This document shows positions 13,601 to 27,413 of a DNA stretch of 64,000 nucleotides, piece by piece. The notes under the pieces are model-generated. The model was not told the origin of the DNA. It did not search any database and was given only the letters and a program-made list of their open reading frames with translations. The position numbers and the translations under genes were made by a program. The DNA is taken from NCBI RefSeq assembly GCF_009914755.1, contig NC_060931.1. One strand, given 5' to 3'. The DNA comes from the human T2T-CHM13v2.0 reference genome, Homo sapiens. The first letter of the stretch is position 1. Each line of letters starts with the position of its first letter.

Positions 13601-16600
13601 CTGAAATTTTAAAAAACCAAGAAGGAAAAAATATAGGTGCGTATGTTATATCAAATGGTTTTTTTTTTAGTAGTAACTGAAAATAAATATTGGATAATTT
13701 TAGTAATTGACAGTCTAAGTAGATGTTTATATCCCCAAAGTAGGGCCATGATTGCTGAATATTTCGTAAATATCTATACACATGCTTAAACCTTTAAGAT
13801 AAATCATAATCTCTGTGTTGCAGAAGTGGGGACACAGCAGATATACTACTTTTATTCTATCTTACTACGAAGTATTTCCTTCTTCTCTCAGCCCCTATGT
13901 TTATGTGACATGACATCCTCTGACTACTTTCCCTACCACCCACAATCAATCCGTTATTTTTAATTTTTCTAGGCACTTTAAGCACTATTCATTTTCCCTA
14001 ATTTCTTCCACTCACCGGGAATTATTCATTGTTCTCCTTCACTCCCTTGCTCAGACATGTGTCCCATGTCACCCCAGGGGAGGCTGTCATGTCACAAGAT
14101 GTTGTTACTGATGATCTTGGAATTATTTCCCTGCCCCCAGCCTGGGACTAATGTAATTATTATTTCAATGTGCTTTTTCTTAAGCCATAGCAATGCAATT
14201 TATCTTCAACATTATCATTTTTAAACATCTGTTAATTATTAACAATTTACTGCTCCTCTTGCACAAAATGCTATTCAGTAACATTTATTAATTAGTTATG
14301 TACACATACCAAAGATTTTACAGGCTTGTAAAATAGCAGGCCATTTCAAGGATTTCTCTCTTGGTAGAGACATTTGTAGGGAAAAGAGTTATATAATCAC
14401 TAAATTACATTCATATCAAGAACACTTTTCCTGAGTGAAATTAGTCTAGGTTTGCTTAAGTGTCTCTTTTTTATTTAACTAAGAAAATATCATGCCATAT
14501 CTGTCTTATATTGCTATTATCTCTCCCTTCCGAGGACCACATCTTCTGTTACAAGAGGGAGACTGTGCTTCAAGGGAGTAGAAGAGATGGTTTCAGTATA
14601 TTTAAAAACTGCTCAGTTTTAGTATTCTGAATTTGAGGACTTGTCTTGGAGAAGAGCAACAATGAAATGGTTTTGGATAAAATCACAGAAGCTCGAGAAC
14701 AAGAAATAGCCAAAGTATCAGCTATGTTATTAACCAGAATGATAGTATCTTATAACTACTATAGGAATGTTACTTTTATAGAAGTGAGAAATTTCCTAAT
14801 TTTTTGTTTGCTTGCTATAATTGTTTACAATTATAAAATAGACAGAAGAAGCTCTAAAGTCAATAAATCTTTTTAACAGTACGCATATGCAGCAGTTAGG
14901 CAAAACCCTGTGCCATCTGGGTAGACCATGAAGAAAACAAAAATATTTTTGTACAGCCTCATATTGAAGACAGTCTGTATACTTAATGGCCATTTTTCTT
15001 TGTGAACTACCAGTGCTCATTTTTCTATTGTACAGAGCTTCTTTTCAAATTTAATCTTAATACCTTTAAGTATTTTATTTCAAATATACACACTTATACT
15101 GCACAATAATAATCTGACATTACTTAGGCTTACACATTAGTACTGAGATGTAATTATTCTTATCAAGCATGTTTTAAGGCAACATTTTACTCTATTAATT
15201 TCATCCTTTTAAAATGAATATTAAGAAAAACAAATGTGTTTATAAGTAAACAAGAATATGTAAAAAAAATAATTGTATTGAAACTATTGGTAGTATCCTT
15301 GCTTTCCAAGTGTTACATCCTCTGTTGCAAGGACAGGTTTCTATTTAATTACTTAAACATTTCCAAACCTCAGGTCTTAAGGTTAATTAAGTCTGAAGTC
15401 TTAAAGTTAATTAAGAGTCTTAAAATACAATTTAAGTTGACACTAAAAAACAATAAATCTACTTGGTATTAAATACTTATCCCCAAAATTTTACTCACAT
15501 AAAGATAATTATGTTGGTTTAGTAATTTGTAGCACTGCTTGAAGTTTACAATAATGTTTAAAGATGTTCATTATTTTAACTCAGTATAGTTCTATATTTA
15601 TATCTCTGCAATCTTAAAATTTCAGTATAATTAATAATCACTTATCTATAAGACAAATGTAAGTTGTCTCCAATTAGTTAGGCTCCTTGTCAGAACATAA
15701 ATTAAAGTCATACATGAACTAAAATGTTTTCATTTTCTCCTACACTGTGAAAATGTTTAATTTGTTCAAGTATTTACTATAATTAAGAGTGTTAAATATT
15801 GTAGCTTTATATAAAATATTTATAAATTATTTCCTTATCAATGATTAAAATATTTATATACTAGGGTTACAAATTTTCTTTTAATAAAATGGTAAAATCT
15901 CAGTAAAGAAAGGTTTTTAAAGGATGGCTTGTCATCAGTTTTTTTTAATCTTTTTTTATGATGTTAATCACCAAGACTCTTCCATTAACCGAAATTCAAT
16001 TCTTTCCTCTTTGGAGACTTTCCTTTTTTCTGTGAGGAAAACATAATTATTTTTAGAGCCAACTGTGGAAAACTTCCCTGAAATACAATTGATGTAGAAA
16101 TTATTGTTTCTGTGTAAGCATTTATTTTTTCAGTGATCTATTTCTTTGCAAATATTAAGGTGAATGTAAAGGGTCTGAAATGTATTGGGGATTTTGAAAT
16201 GAATTTGGATCAATTCAGGCATCTCTGAGATCTCTGTATTTGTATGGGTTATCTTAACTGCTACATTTATCAATCCATTTATTTTTGTAGATTTCTTATT
16301 GTCTTTAAGAGGTTATGTTGACAATGTTCTGATGTAGCCTGAATCCCCTCCAAAATGGCTCCAATTAACTTCAGCTTTTCACTAAGCTTCCGATTTCAGA
16401 ATTCAGTCCATTAAAAAGTAGCAGCTAATATGCACCTATCATTTTATTAGGATCTCTGAAACCACTATGTTATATAAATAACTGATACAGCCAGACTAGG
16501 TAATTTGCTACTGATTCTCCAGAGTTTTGTGTACAATTTTATATTTTGGTTCATGGTAAGATAACTTAGAGTCAGTAACAGTAACAGTAATTTACAAAAC

Positions 16601-16629
16601 AGTAACTTGTAACAGTAATTTACAAAATT

Positions 16630-17810
16630 AATCTTTTTATTTTAAAATTATTTCAGACTTACAGAAAAGCTGTAAAAATTACATGAAGGTATAATTTTCA
16701 TATACCTTTAACACAGATGCTGCAAATGTTAACATTTCAATCACATTTGCATTATTATTCTTTCTATATATAAACTTATACCTAAGTATTATTATTTTTT
16801 GAAGCATTTGAGAACAAGTTGAGGACTTGTTGCCTGATTGCCCATAAATACTTCAGTGTATATTTCCGATAAATGAGGGCATTCATTTATATAACCAAAG
16901 AACGAATATCAAAATCAAGAAATTAACACCAATACAACATTATTAACTAATCTACAGACCTTATTCAAATTTCACTAGTTGTCCTGCTGTCCTTCAGAAT
17001 GCACAAGAAAATAGCACTTTTGTTTTTTTCTAGTACAGAATCCAATCCAGGAACACACAAGTTGTGTTTAGTTGTCATGTCTTTTTAGTCTCCTTTAATC
17101 TGAAAAAGTTCCTCAGTCATTCTTTTTCTTTTGTGCCCTTGATATTTTTGACGTGATATTCAGTCATGTGGTAGAATCTTCCTCAATTTAGGATTGTCTG
17201 AAGTTTCATCTTGGTTAGATTTGGGCTATGCAATTTGTCAAGAATGCCAAGGAAGTGATGTTGTGTTCTCCCAGTGCAGCCTGTCAGGAGCCACATGGTA
17301 TTTAGTTTTCCTTTTGCTGGTAAAGTCTATTTTGATCACTTGGTTAAACGAGTTTAACCAGGTTTACTTGTAAACATGTTGGCCAGGTTTCTTCCCTGAA
17401 AACTTTCAGTTTCCTTTCTGTAGTTAAAAAAGTCTTTGAGGGGGATTTACTCTGAGATGACATAAATATCTTTTTTTTTTCCATCAAGCTTACAGTCACT
17501 AGTTTTAGCACATATTGATGATTTTTGCCTGAAGGAATTACTAATAGAGCGCAGCCAAATGATGATTTTTCTAATTCCAGTGTTTCTTCTATTTTTATTA
17601 CTTGGCATTCTATTGTAAGGAAGAGCAATCTTCCCCTCACCCGCATTTGTTTATTTATTCATAGCAGTATGAACTCATGTATTCTTATTTAATGGTTCAT
17701 AATCCATTACTATCATTATTTATTTTGATGCTCAAATTGTCCCTTCTTTGGCCAGTGAGAACTCTTATGCTCTTTTGCTATGTCTGCATTCATCTTTAGG
17801 CACTTCCTTA
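16630..17810 (-). mobile_element. L1MC/L1ME-type 3' UTR remnant
   Basis: ttatttcagacttacagaaaagctgtaaaaa start, aaatacttcagtgtatatttcc, and tatttattttgatgctcaaattgtcc. Confidence 0.75.
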
Positions 17811-17992
17811 TAATACAGTTGAATTAAAGTATTTTAAATAGACTACACAAGAGACTTGTGCCATCTTTTGAGGAATACCTTATCCCCATCTTATAGAGCA
17901 GGCACGATGAGAAATTTTGCCGCTGTTTGAATTAAGGACTTCTCTAAGATGATTTGTTTTGGTCATATTAAAAAAGACTTTCAGTGGCCATT

Positions 17993-18403
17993 TGTGATGG
18001 ATTAAATACGGCCATAGAGTCTTTGCAGGCCCTTGCATCAAGCTTTGTGACTTGCTTTGATTGGCAGAATGTGCAACCTCTACTTTCACCTTCTTGGAAT
18101 TTGGCCCTGAGATTGTCATGTAAAGAAGCCAGGCTAGCCTTTGAAGGATGAAATTCTACCTGGCGGAATACCAATGTACACAGTGACAACAAGTTCCAAC
18201 TGTTCGACATGAGAGTAAAGCCATTCTGGATCTTCGAACACAGCTGCCCTCCAACTGAATGGGCTGCATGAGTGAGCTCAGGCAAAATCAGCAGAAGAAC
18301 CATTTGGCAAACACACTGCACTGTGAAAAAGAATAATTAATCTTTTAAAAAAATCCTTTAAATTTTGGGATCATTTGTTACCCAGCAATAGTTAACTAAT
18401 GTA
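17993..18403 (+). mobile_element. MLT1 (MLT1H-like) MaLR LTR
   Basis: tgtgatggattaaa start, gctgcatgagtgagctcagg...cagcagaagaacc, and end tttgttacccagcaatagttaact. Confidence 0.75.
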
Positions 18404-18609
18404 CCATTGTAAATTCAAATTATTTCTAGTTTAATAGTACCATTTTCTTAAGTTATTGAGAGCTTTTCTTGATAATGCATAAATAGGTAGAATATTCTCT
18501 CGAGTCTCCTTATCTGGTCAATCTATTTGTTTTGAGTTAGATAGCCTTACGGTCACAAAAAGGATAAACCCTGAAGCGTTACTCTTGATTTTTGGAGATG
18601 TTCTGGGCT

Positions 18610-19912
18610 AAGTGATTTCAATGTGGGCCGTACACCTCTGGAGTTCTATCTAAAAGGGCAAAACTATTTTTAAAATAATATGAAACTATTTGCCTTTTTC
18701 ACTGAGTTGGCATGAGGCAAAAGCAATGGAGGATAAAATTGCTCCACCAAACTGTTCCAGTGCTTGTGTTGCTGGATTTTATTCATAGTAAAACAAAAAA
18801 TGTGTTTGACTTAAGAATATTCTTAATGAGGCAGTACAAATGATTACTATTATTAAATATCGACCTTGAATATTCTTTTTAATACTATATGTGACAAAGT
18901 GGGAAATATATGTATAGCACTTCTGCTGCATATGAAAATATGATGGCTGTCTTAGCAAAATGCACATTAGAAATAGTTTGAAAGGTAAGCTCAACTAGTG
19001 GTGTTTTTTATGGAACAGTATTTTTACTTGAAATAACAAGATTATTTACAGTTGGGCAATTGGCCAACACTCTTTGAAAATAATGAAACATATCTTTCAC
19101 TTCAAGAAAAACATCTGCTGGTATTTGTTGCCAGTAACATATTTGAACTTTCAAGTAAAAGATTAGAATTTTGGAAAACCTGTATCTGCCAATAGGAGGT
19201 TCATAGGTTCATAACACTCATTTGATGAGAGATCAGTGATGATATTGGGTAAAGTTTTTTTGTTGTTATTATTTTATAAATGAAATTTGTCAGCATTTGG
19301 AATGTCTTCATAACTCAATAAATCAGTATTTTCCAAGTGATAAATGCATGATGTTACAAAATCAGGTGTCTAAAAAATCTATTAAAGCAAATTAGAGCAA
19401 TGGATTTTAATGTACATACGGTATTAGATTCCACATGCCAACTAACCTCTTAAAAACTACCACTTGTTGAATTTTGGTGTGAAAAAAGAATATTCACAGT
19501 GATCTGAAATAATATTTTTAAATTTCTCTGTGTTTCAACTATATATCTTTGTGAGGCCAGATTTTCTTCATTTCTTAAACTAAAAAACATGTTCAACAGA
19601 TTGAATGCAGAGGCAGGTATGAGAGTATAGCTATCTACCATTAAGGCAGACACTGAAGAGTTTTGTAAAAAAGTAAAACAATGCTATTCTTTTTACTAAA
19701 TATAATTTTATTCAGAAAATTTTAGTTCTTTTCTGATGAACTATTTATGTTAATATGACTTTATTAGTTTTAAAATGATACAATTTTTCTTAGTTTTAAT
19801 TTGCAATATGTTAAATATCAATGGAGATACTCCCATAAAAATGCCATTTGGGGTCCTCAATTATTTTTAAGACTCATAAAGGAATCCTAAGACCAAAAGC
19901 TTGAAAACTGCT
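18610..19912 (+). mobile_element. Charlie1-family hAT DNA transposon derivative (Charlie1a-like), decayed transposase
   Basis: Contains aatgaggcagtacaaatgatt, gcacttctgctgcatatgaaaatatgatggctgtct and tatctttgtgaggccagattttcttc. Terminus gaccaaaagcttgaaaactgctg. Confidence 0.8.
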
Positions 19913-20004
19913 GCTCTCAGTAAATAGGCAACTGTGTATATCCAAGGTTCTAATAGACTCTCACTATGTATAAACACAAAGGCCTACAACTAGATTTTTA
20001 AACA

Positions 20005-20158
20005 TTTTTTTTTCTAAATTTTGTTTTTTTGTATTTTTTATAGAGGTGGGGTCTCTCTATGTTGCCTAGGCTGGTCTTGAACTCCTGGCCTCAAGCAATC
20101 CTCCCTCATTTGCCTCCCAAAGTGCTGCATTTACAGGTGTGAGCCACTGTGCCTGGCC
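20005..20158 (-). mobile_element. Free left Alu monomer (FLAM_C-like)
   Basis: Single antisense Alu monomer ending gcctggcc, with a T-rich tail. Confidence 0.85.
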
Positions 20159-20534
20159 AGCAACTTCTTAAATTTATACACAAACATACAGAAAATCCTG
20201 AATGAAATATTATATTCTAGGCAATGTGACAAATGTGTCCCAAAATAAATGCTTCGGGCAGAAGACAATATATAGTCATGATTCCTCAAACATTCCTAGA
20301 ATTCCTTAACATCAAGCATTGACCAGATCCATATGTTACCATTTCTAGTTCCCCTTCTTGGGAGAATCTGACACTGCCTACATATCAAATCACCGTTGCA
20401 GGCGCTTTCTTTGAAGGAGGTCACTGAGGACCCAAACTGCAGACCGGAACTTCCTCTCTGAGCTTTTACCTCGGATGGAGAGATGTCTCAAAAGCAATCA
20501 TCTTTTAAAATGGCTGATGCACAGTCATCTTTTA

Positions 20535-21760
20535 AAATGGCCAAATAATAGCCCCTGAAAGATGCCTACTCCCTAATGCCTGGAATCTGTGAATATGTAA
20601 TGTTACATGGCAAAAGGAACTTTGCAGATGTAATTAAGATTATAGCCCTTAAAATGAAGATTATTCTGGCTTTCCTGGATGATAAAATCATATGAACTCT
20701 TAAAGGCAGAAAGTTTTCTCTGACTGGAGATGGAAGAGATGTGGCTGAAAGGGAACCCAGAGAGATTAAAGCCTAGGAAGGACTTGATACACTGTTGCTG
20801 TTTTCAAGATACGGAGAGCAATAGAATGGAAGAGGTTCAAGCAGAATTAAAGAGCTGAGAGAAGCCTCCAGCTGACAGCTAGCCTAGAAAGCCAGTTCCA
20901 TAACCACAAAGAACTGAATCTGGCCAAGAAACTAAATGAGCTGAGAAGGAGATTCATCCCTAAAGCCTCCCTCCAGGAAAGAATGTGGCCTGGCTGGCAC
21001 TTTGATTTTGGCCTTGTGAGCTGAGGAACCAGCTGAGCCACACTGTGATACAGGAGGTAAGAAGAAATTACTTAGGCAGATGGAAGGGTATGGGAGTCCT
21101 CAGTAAGGGTTTTCTTTTCAATGAAAAGCAGCCCCAAATCATTTTCTAACAAAGAGCAGCCTGTAAAGTCGAGCTGCAGACATAAACAAGCAAGCTGGGA
21201 GCTTGCGCAGGTGAATGCCCGCAGGAACTAAGGACTAGACATGTTCAAGATGGTGGCTCCATCTCCCCTTCTCTTTGTGGGTCACTTGTACAGTAAGAAG
21301 CAGATAAGATGGCACCGATCAACTGGAAAGCTCATTTGCATAAGATCAGGGTGGGGCGACCAGCCTTCCCACGCACTATGTAAATGTTATACCTAATTGT
21401 ACCAATCTGTGAGCCCTATGTAAATCAGACACCGCCTCCTCAAACCTGACTCTAAAATTCGTAGCATCTGCCACCTGCCAGTCTTTTCCACTCAGAGGCC
21501 TCTTTCTCTATAGAGACAGTTGTTTCTCTTTCTCTTCTCTTCCGCCTATTAAACCTCAGTTCCTAAACTCCTCATGTGTGTCCGTGTCCTAAATTTAACT
21601 GGTGTACGATGACGAGCCCCAGGGTATATACCCCAGACAACGTAGCCGCTTCAGTTGTACCTGGACTTCTGATCTAAAGAATCCTGAAATAATAAGTTTG
21701 TGTTGTTTTAAGAGGTGAATTTATGATCATTTGTGACAGTAGCAATAGAAAACGAATACA
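20535..21760 (+). mobile_element. MLT1D-like MaLR LTR split by an ERV1 LTR
   Basis: tgttacatggcaaaaggaactttgcagatgtaattaag; resumes at 21654 (tacctggacttctg) and ends agcaatagaaaacgaataca. Confidence 0.88.
21046..21653 (+). mobile_element. ERV1 solo LTR (LTR9/HUERS-P3-like), about 608 bp
   Basis: TG...CA termini (tgatacaggag...gccgcttca), aagaaattacttaggcagat, aaagagcagcctgtaaagtcgagctgcagacat, and an ATTAAA poly(A) signal. Confidence 0.85.
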
Positions 21761-22489
21761 TTGGCCATTGGCATTTGACATAAGAACCCTCTGAGAATGA
21801 AACCCATTTTTCACATGTCAGTGAAGACTTCCAGTAGAAGCTCAGGTCCTGGAAGACTGGGGCAACACAAAGGGTCTTAGCGTGTTACTGTGCTGTTCTT
21901 TGATCCCTTCCACTCTGGTAGATCCTTGTGAAAAAAACTAATCCTGATGAGTTCTCCAAAACTGCAGGGTAAACTTTCCTGACAATAATTATGAGTTCAT
22001 GTCAACATTTTAATGTAATTTTGTTACAATTGAAAAGCCTCTCGCAGGCAATTCAGAGATTTCTCTCAGTAAGTGGTATTTATAGAAAAAAAACCAGGTG
22101 ATTCAATAATCATGGATTGACAACAGGGAAAGAGAAATGAACATCTGGTTAAAGGTCAACTGACAGTCATCTGGCTTACAAGTTTCCCAAAGAACCCTAA
22201 AACCAAATAAAATCTATCAGAATATTGGGTGTTTTATCAGGCATGCTATTCCTTCCCAGATATAAATTGTAAATTACATTACACTAAAAGTTCTGTGCAA
22301 GCCAATCAAGTATGGGACTTTTTATTTTCAATGTTTCCCCCTTTAATGAGTTAACTCCTACTTTATATCTCACATGATGTACTGCCTCCCTACACACATC
22401 TTACATGACCTTTACAATAATTCCTTGCCCTCTATTATGTACCTACAATGTACTTAAATCCCCCTTATCTCTCAATAATTCTTATTACA

Positions 22490-22660
22490 CTTGTAGTGTT
22501 ACATTTGTTTCATTGGTTACTTAAATAATGTGTCTCTAACTTACTAGACTTTAAGCTCCCTATGGACAAGGACCATGACTATTTTTGTTGATTATTAGCT
22601 TCTCAGAGTTTAGTAGTCCTGGCAATACAGTAAGTGTTTGGTAAATATTTTTAAATGAAT
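22490..22660 (+). mobile_element. L2 3' end
   Basis: actagactttaagctccctatggacaaggacc...cctggcaatacagtaagtgtttggtaaatatttttaaatgaat. Confidence 0.7.
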
Positions 22661-25600
22661 AGATAAGTACTGTATCATTTAAATGAGGTAAAATAGATGA
22701 ATATTCTTAATAGAAAAATTGTAGAGCTTCCTTCTTACACAATGGCTTACAGCCATATAGGAGGACTGGTGAGATGTATAGTGTCAATGTTTGAGAACCA
22801 TTGCTCTAGTCATAGTATTAAAATGAAATTTTGGCCTGATTTAGAGAAACTTTGTTCTGGTTAGAAACTGGCTCATTTTACAGTTGAGGAAAATTTGGAC
22901 TTCAGCAAGTTTACTAAAATCAGAAAATCAAAGGTGAGAGAATATTCTTAGGTTTCTCGTCTATTATTTTAATGAATAGAAAAGCATCCCTAGGAAAAGA
23001 CAGAACTTTTTACAGAAAGTAGCAACTGCACGATGGAAATAGCAATGGGAGTATGTCTGTAAACTGAAAATCTAGTTTCTGTGACCACAAATAAGGTAAC
23101 ATACATAGCTGTTCTACAAAACTCATATATGCAGGGAGATTTTCTGAAGTTCTTTGTTTCAGTGGGTTTCTATTCAGGATATAAAATATTCATCAAGCCC
23201 ACCATGGCTTCTTTCTTTCTTCTCCACCCTTCATTCTCCTGGACACCTACTTAGTGTCTTTTAGTGAATAGCTGTAAAATATCATGGTGCTTAGAAAAAT
23301 CCGTAAATGTTTTTCTTTGCTTCTTTAGCCAGAAGCCAAAAATATCATGTGCTTCTGTTTTCAGAGTGTAACAAAAAGAGCTGAAAATACGGTTGGCATT
23401 GCTGAGACAGGATGGCAGTATTTTTTAGAAACACGTTTTTATAGTACCAGATGGTCTAGTATATTCTCAAACAAATATGTCACCTATAATTTGATGAATA
23501 CCTTCCAAGGTAAAATAATTTTTTTTTCAGTAGATAACAGATGGCATCAGTCAAAAGCATATCAACACACTTTAAGAAAAAGTTGATAGCTCAGGCGCTT
23601 TAACCAACAAGATTTTCTCCAATGTACCGTGCATGTTTTAGGGTCTAAAATTTGTCATCTGCAAATACTTCAGCCTCATTTTCATACTTCACTCCATAGA
23701 GAATTGAATGCAACATGTTTTGTATGCTGCCTATAAAAATAATAAGAATTCCAAAGTTGTTTTCTGGCTCTTTTTTTTTCAAGTATCTTTCATATTATGC
23801 TTGAAGAAAAGTACATTTCTAAATGTCTTAAAACAATAAGCCATTTATGTTAAAATGTAAAAATATTTGGATGGACTTAAACCAAATTTTACCTATGTTG
23901 GTGTAAGGTTATATCAATAGTGAACTTTTGTTAGTGCTTTTCTTAAAGCTGTAAACAGATGAACATAATAGAAAGAAAAAAGAATTCTAAAGCTGCAGTG
24001 TGAGTTATTAAGGAATATTTTAAATATGAGTCATTATTTTTGCTCTTGTTTTTGGAAAATGATATTGTAACAGGGCCATGGTTTAGAAGCCCCAACATAC
24101 TGTTATATTGATAGTAAGATCTAATGATATACACAAGCATGGGTGGTGAGAAGGGATAACGAAAATAAAAAGGTTTTCTTCCTGCATGTATTCATATTCA
24201 TTTATAAACTGAGGTGGAACCCCATAATTTGCCATTTAACTTGGGATATGTTTGTAAAAGGGGCACTGCTTATAGCTATGGAATAATTGTAGATATAGAC
24301 TGAGAGTGTCCTGGGAAAATTGGAATAAACCTTCACCCCAGGTATACACAACTAGTGTCATGATAAATGCATATAATGCTTTCTCAGTGGCATGTTTTGG
24401 AGAGTGGCCACATCTTGGTCACTTTGGACGTGAGTGGGTAGGTAATGCCAATGATTTTGTGTTTTCTAGAGTATCACTATGATTTTCAGACTTTAGTTCC
24501 AACATTATAGGCCAAAGACTTGTTTTAAAGATTATTTACAATTCTCCTTCTTAACACAGACCTCAAATAATAAAATATATGTTTGTTTAAATGTAATGGG
24601 ATTAAAATTCTGCCTGCAAGTATGATGTAATAGATCATGGGAAGGCAACGAGTCCACGACCCCCCTGTAACAAATTAAAAAAACAAGATAAATTGAAAAA
24701 TTATTTTAAAAGATATTGGAGAACTTCGTAAATAAGAAAAGATGAAATAAAATTCCAGAGACCAAAGAGCCTTTCTTGGATGAGTTCATGTTTGCCAGCT
24801 ATATTCTTCTCAGGCAGCATTTGCCTGCATAGTCTGGAAAAAGATGGGCCTTAGTCTAAAGACAGAATCCTACTGAAAACATGTTGGAGCTTTTGATAAT
24901 TGTACAGGCTAGTATGATTGACTGATCCAGAGGAAACTCAAAAGTATAGTTCATTTTTCCTACGGGACTTAAGGATGGGGACCGGTCCAAACTTTAAAAG
25001 GTAAGGTGAAGTTACTTTGTTTCCTTCTGCCTAGAGATAAGGTCCTGCTACAGGGATGAGGATTGACATGCCCAATTTCCCCACTAAAGTATTTGATACA
25101 TCAATATATTTGTATTTAAAGCAGGAAACTCAAAATCTTAAAGAACTAAAAGAGCTAAACTCAAAATCTATAAAGATCAGAAATGAATCACCCATAGCTT
25201 TTAAGAAACAAAGAGAAATCTTTCAGGGTCTAAAGCAAAAGTCCAAGGTTCCCATGCCCAAGAAACATTTGAACAAATGGTGAGCTACCTTTTACTAAAA
25301 CTGCTATCTAGAGCTGACTCAGCTAAACCTATGATTGGATTTAAGTAACCAACTTTTCACTTTAACTGCCTAGGGGGGAAAAGAATAACCTTCATTTGGG
25401 GAAAATAACACCACAAGCAGGTGTTAAAATTATTTTTTGCACAATGTCTAACATGTAATACAAATTATGGGAATATGAAATATAGGATAATATGAATAAT
25501 AGCAAAAACAGCCAATAAAAGCAGACCTCCAAATAATCTAGGTATTGGACATAACGAAGACTTTAAATATTTAAAATATATTAAAACATTTTTTAAAAAA

Positions 25601-26344
25601 TGTTAAAAATTTTCACTAGTGTTTTTTTAAATTTAAAAATTAAACATTTAAATTAAAATATTTAAAAATACTAGTGAAAAGACTCAGTATTTTGACATAA
25701 GAATAGAATCCGTTAAAGAGAATAAAATAGACATTTATAAGTAAACATAAAATCTGACCTTCAGAACACTTTGGGAGGCTTATCAGCAAACTGGATGAAA
25801 TGGAAGACAATATTAATGAACTCGAAGATGGGCCAACAAAAGCTATTAAAATTGAAGTGAAGAGAGAAAAAAATGGAAAGAACAAATCAGAACAAATCAG
25901 AACACAAGAAACACAAGACAAAAGAAAACCTGTCACATACATATGCTTGGTGTATCAGAAGCGGGGTATAGAGAAAATTGGGCAGAAGCAACATTTGTAG
26001 ACATAGTATTTGGGGATTTTCCAAAATTGAAGGGAGATATTCACCCATAGGCACAAGAAACTCAGTGAACTCCAATCAAAATATGTGTAAAGAAAACTAG
26101 GCACATGATATTAAAACAGCTCAAAACCACAGTAAAAGAAAAAAAATCTTAAAAATCAATCAGAAGTAGAAAACACACATTATCTTTAAAGGAGCAGCGA
26201 GCAATAAGGCTGATGGCTAAATCTGCAGGAGGAACTACGGAATCCTGAAGACAATAGAATCATATCTTTAAAGGGCTGAAAGGAAAACAATTACCAATAC
26301 AGAATTTTATACACAGCAAAAATATCTTTCAAAAATGAAGAAGC

Positions 26345-26592
26345 TAGATGCAGTGCATTATCTCAGATTGGATCCTGGGAGAGAAAAAAAATCTGTAGAA
26401 AATACAGTAAAATATGAGCAAACTCTAGTTCAGTCAATCAATAGCGGTGTTCGTGTTTTGGTTTTGAAGTTTACCATGGGTATATAAAGTGTTAACATTA
26501 GGGGACTCTGGGTGAAGCTATACAGAAACTCTCAGTACTGTCTTTGTAAGTTTGATATAAATATAAAATTTTTCAAAAAAAGGTTTGTTTAA
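26345..26592 (+). mobile_element. L1MC/L1MD 3' end fragment nested in the older L1
   Basis: gattggatcctgg...gtgttaacattaggggactctgggtgaag...aaactctcagtactgtctttgtaa, followed by an A-rich end. Confidence 0.65.
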
Positions 26593-27044
26593 AAAAGGTG
26601 AAGTAAAGAAGTTATATTTGTTACCAGTAGAAGCAGATTATAGAGTATGCTGAAGGAAATTCTTCATATGCAAGAAAAATGATCCAGACAAAAGCTTAGA
26701 ATTACAGAAAGAAATAAAAGGCAATGGAAAGTGTAAATATATGAGTAAATATGAAAGGATATTGGTGTTTTAAACAACAATAGAAATATCTTTGGGGTTT
26801 ATACACAGGTAGATGTAAAATATGTGACTAAAATGGCACAAATGTCAAGAGATCTGTAAATGGAATTAAATCGTTGTAAGATTTTTGTGCTGTTTGAAAG
26901 TGATAAAATAATTTTAGGAGGATTGTATGATGGCATAAATGCATATGATAATCTTCAGGGTAATCACTAAAATTAATACAAAAATGAAAAACAAGTTAAA
27001 ATAAGAAATAAAAGGGAGTAAATTTTAAAAATTGATTAATTCTA

Positions 27045-27413
<369 letters not shown>

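Noticed and set aside
14646-14876. ORF with a helical-looking peptide (EMVLDKITEAREQEIAK)
   Set aside because: No recognisable homology, clear splice sites or processed-pseudogene hallmarks.
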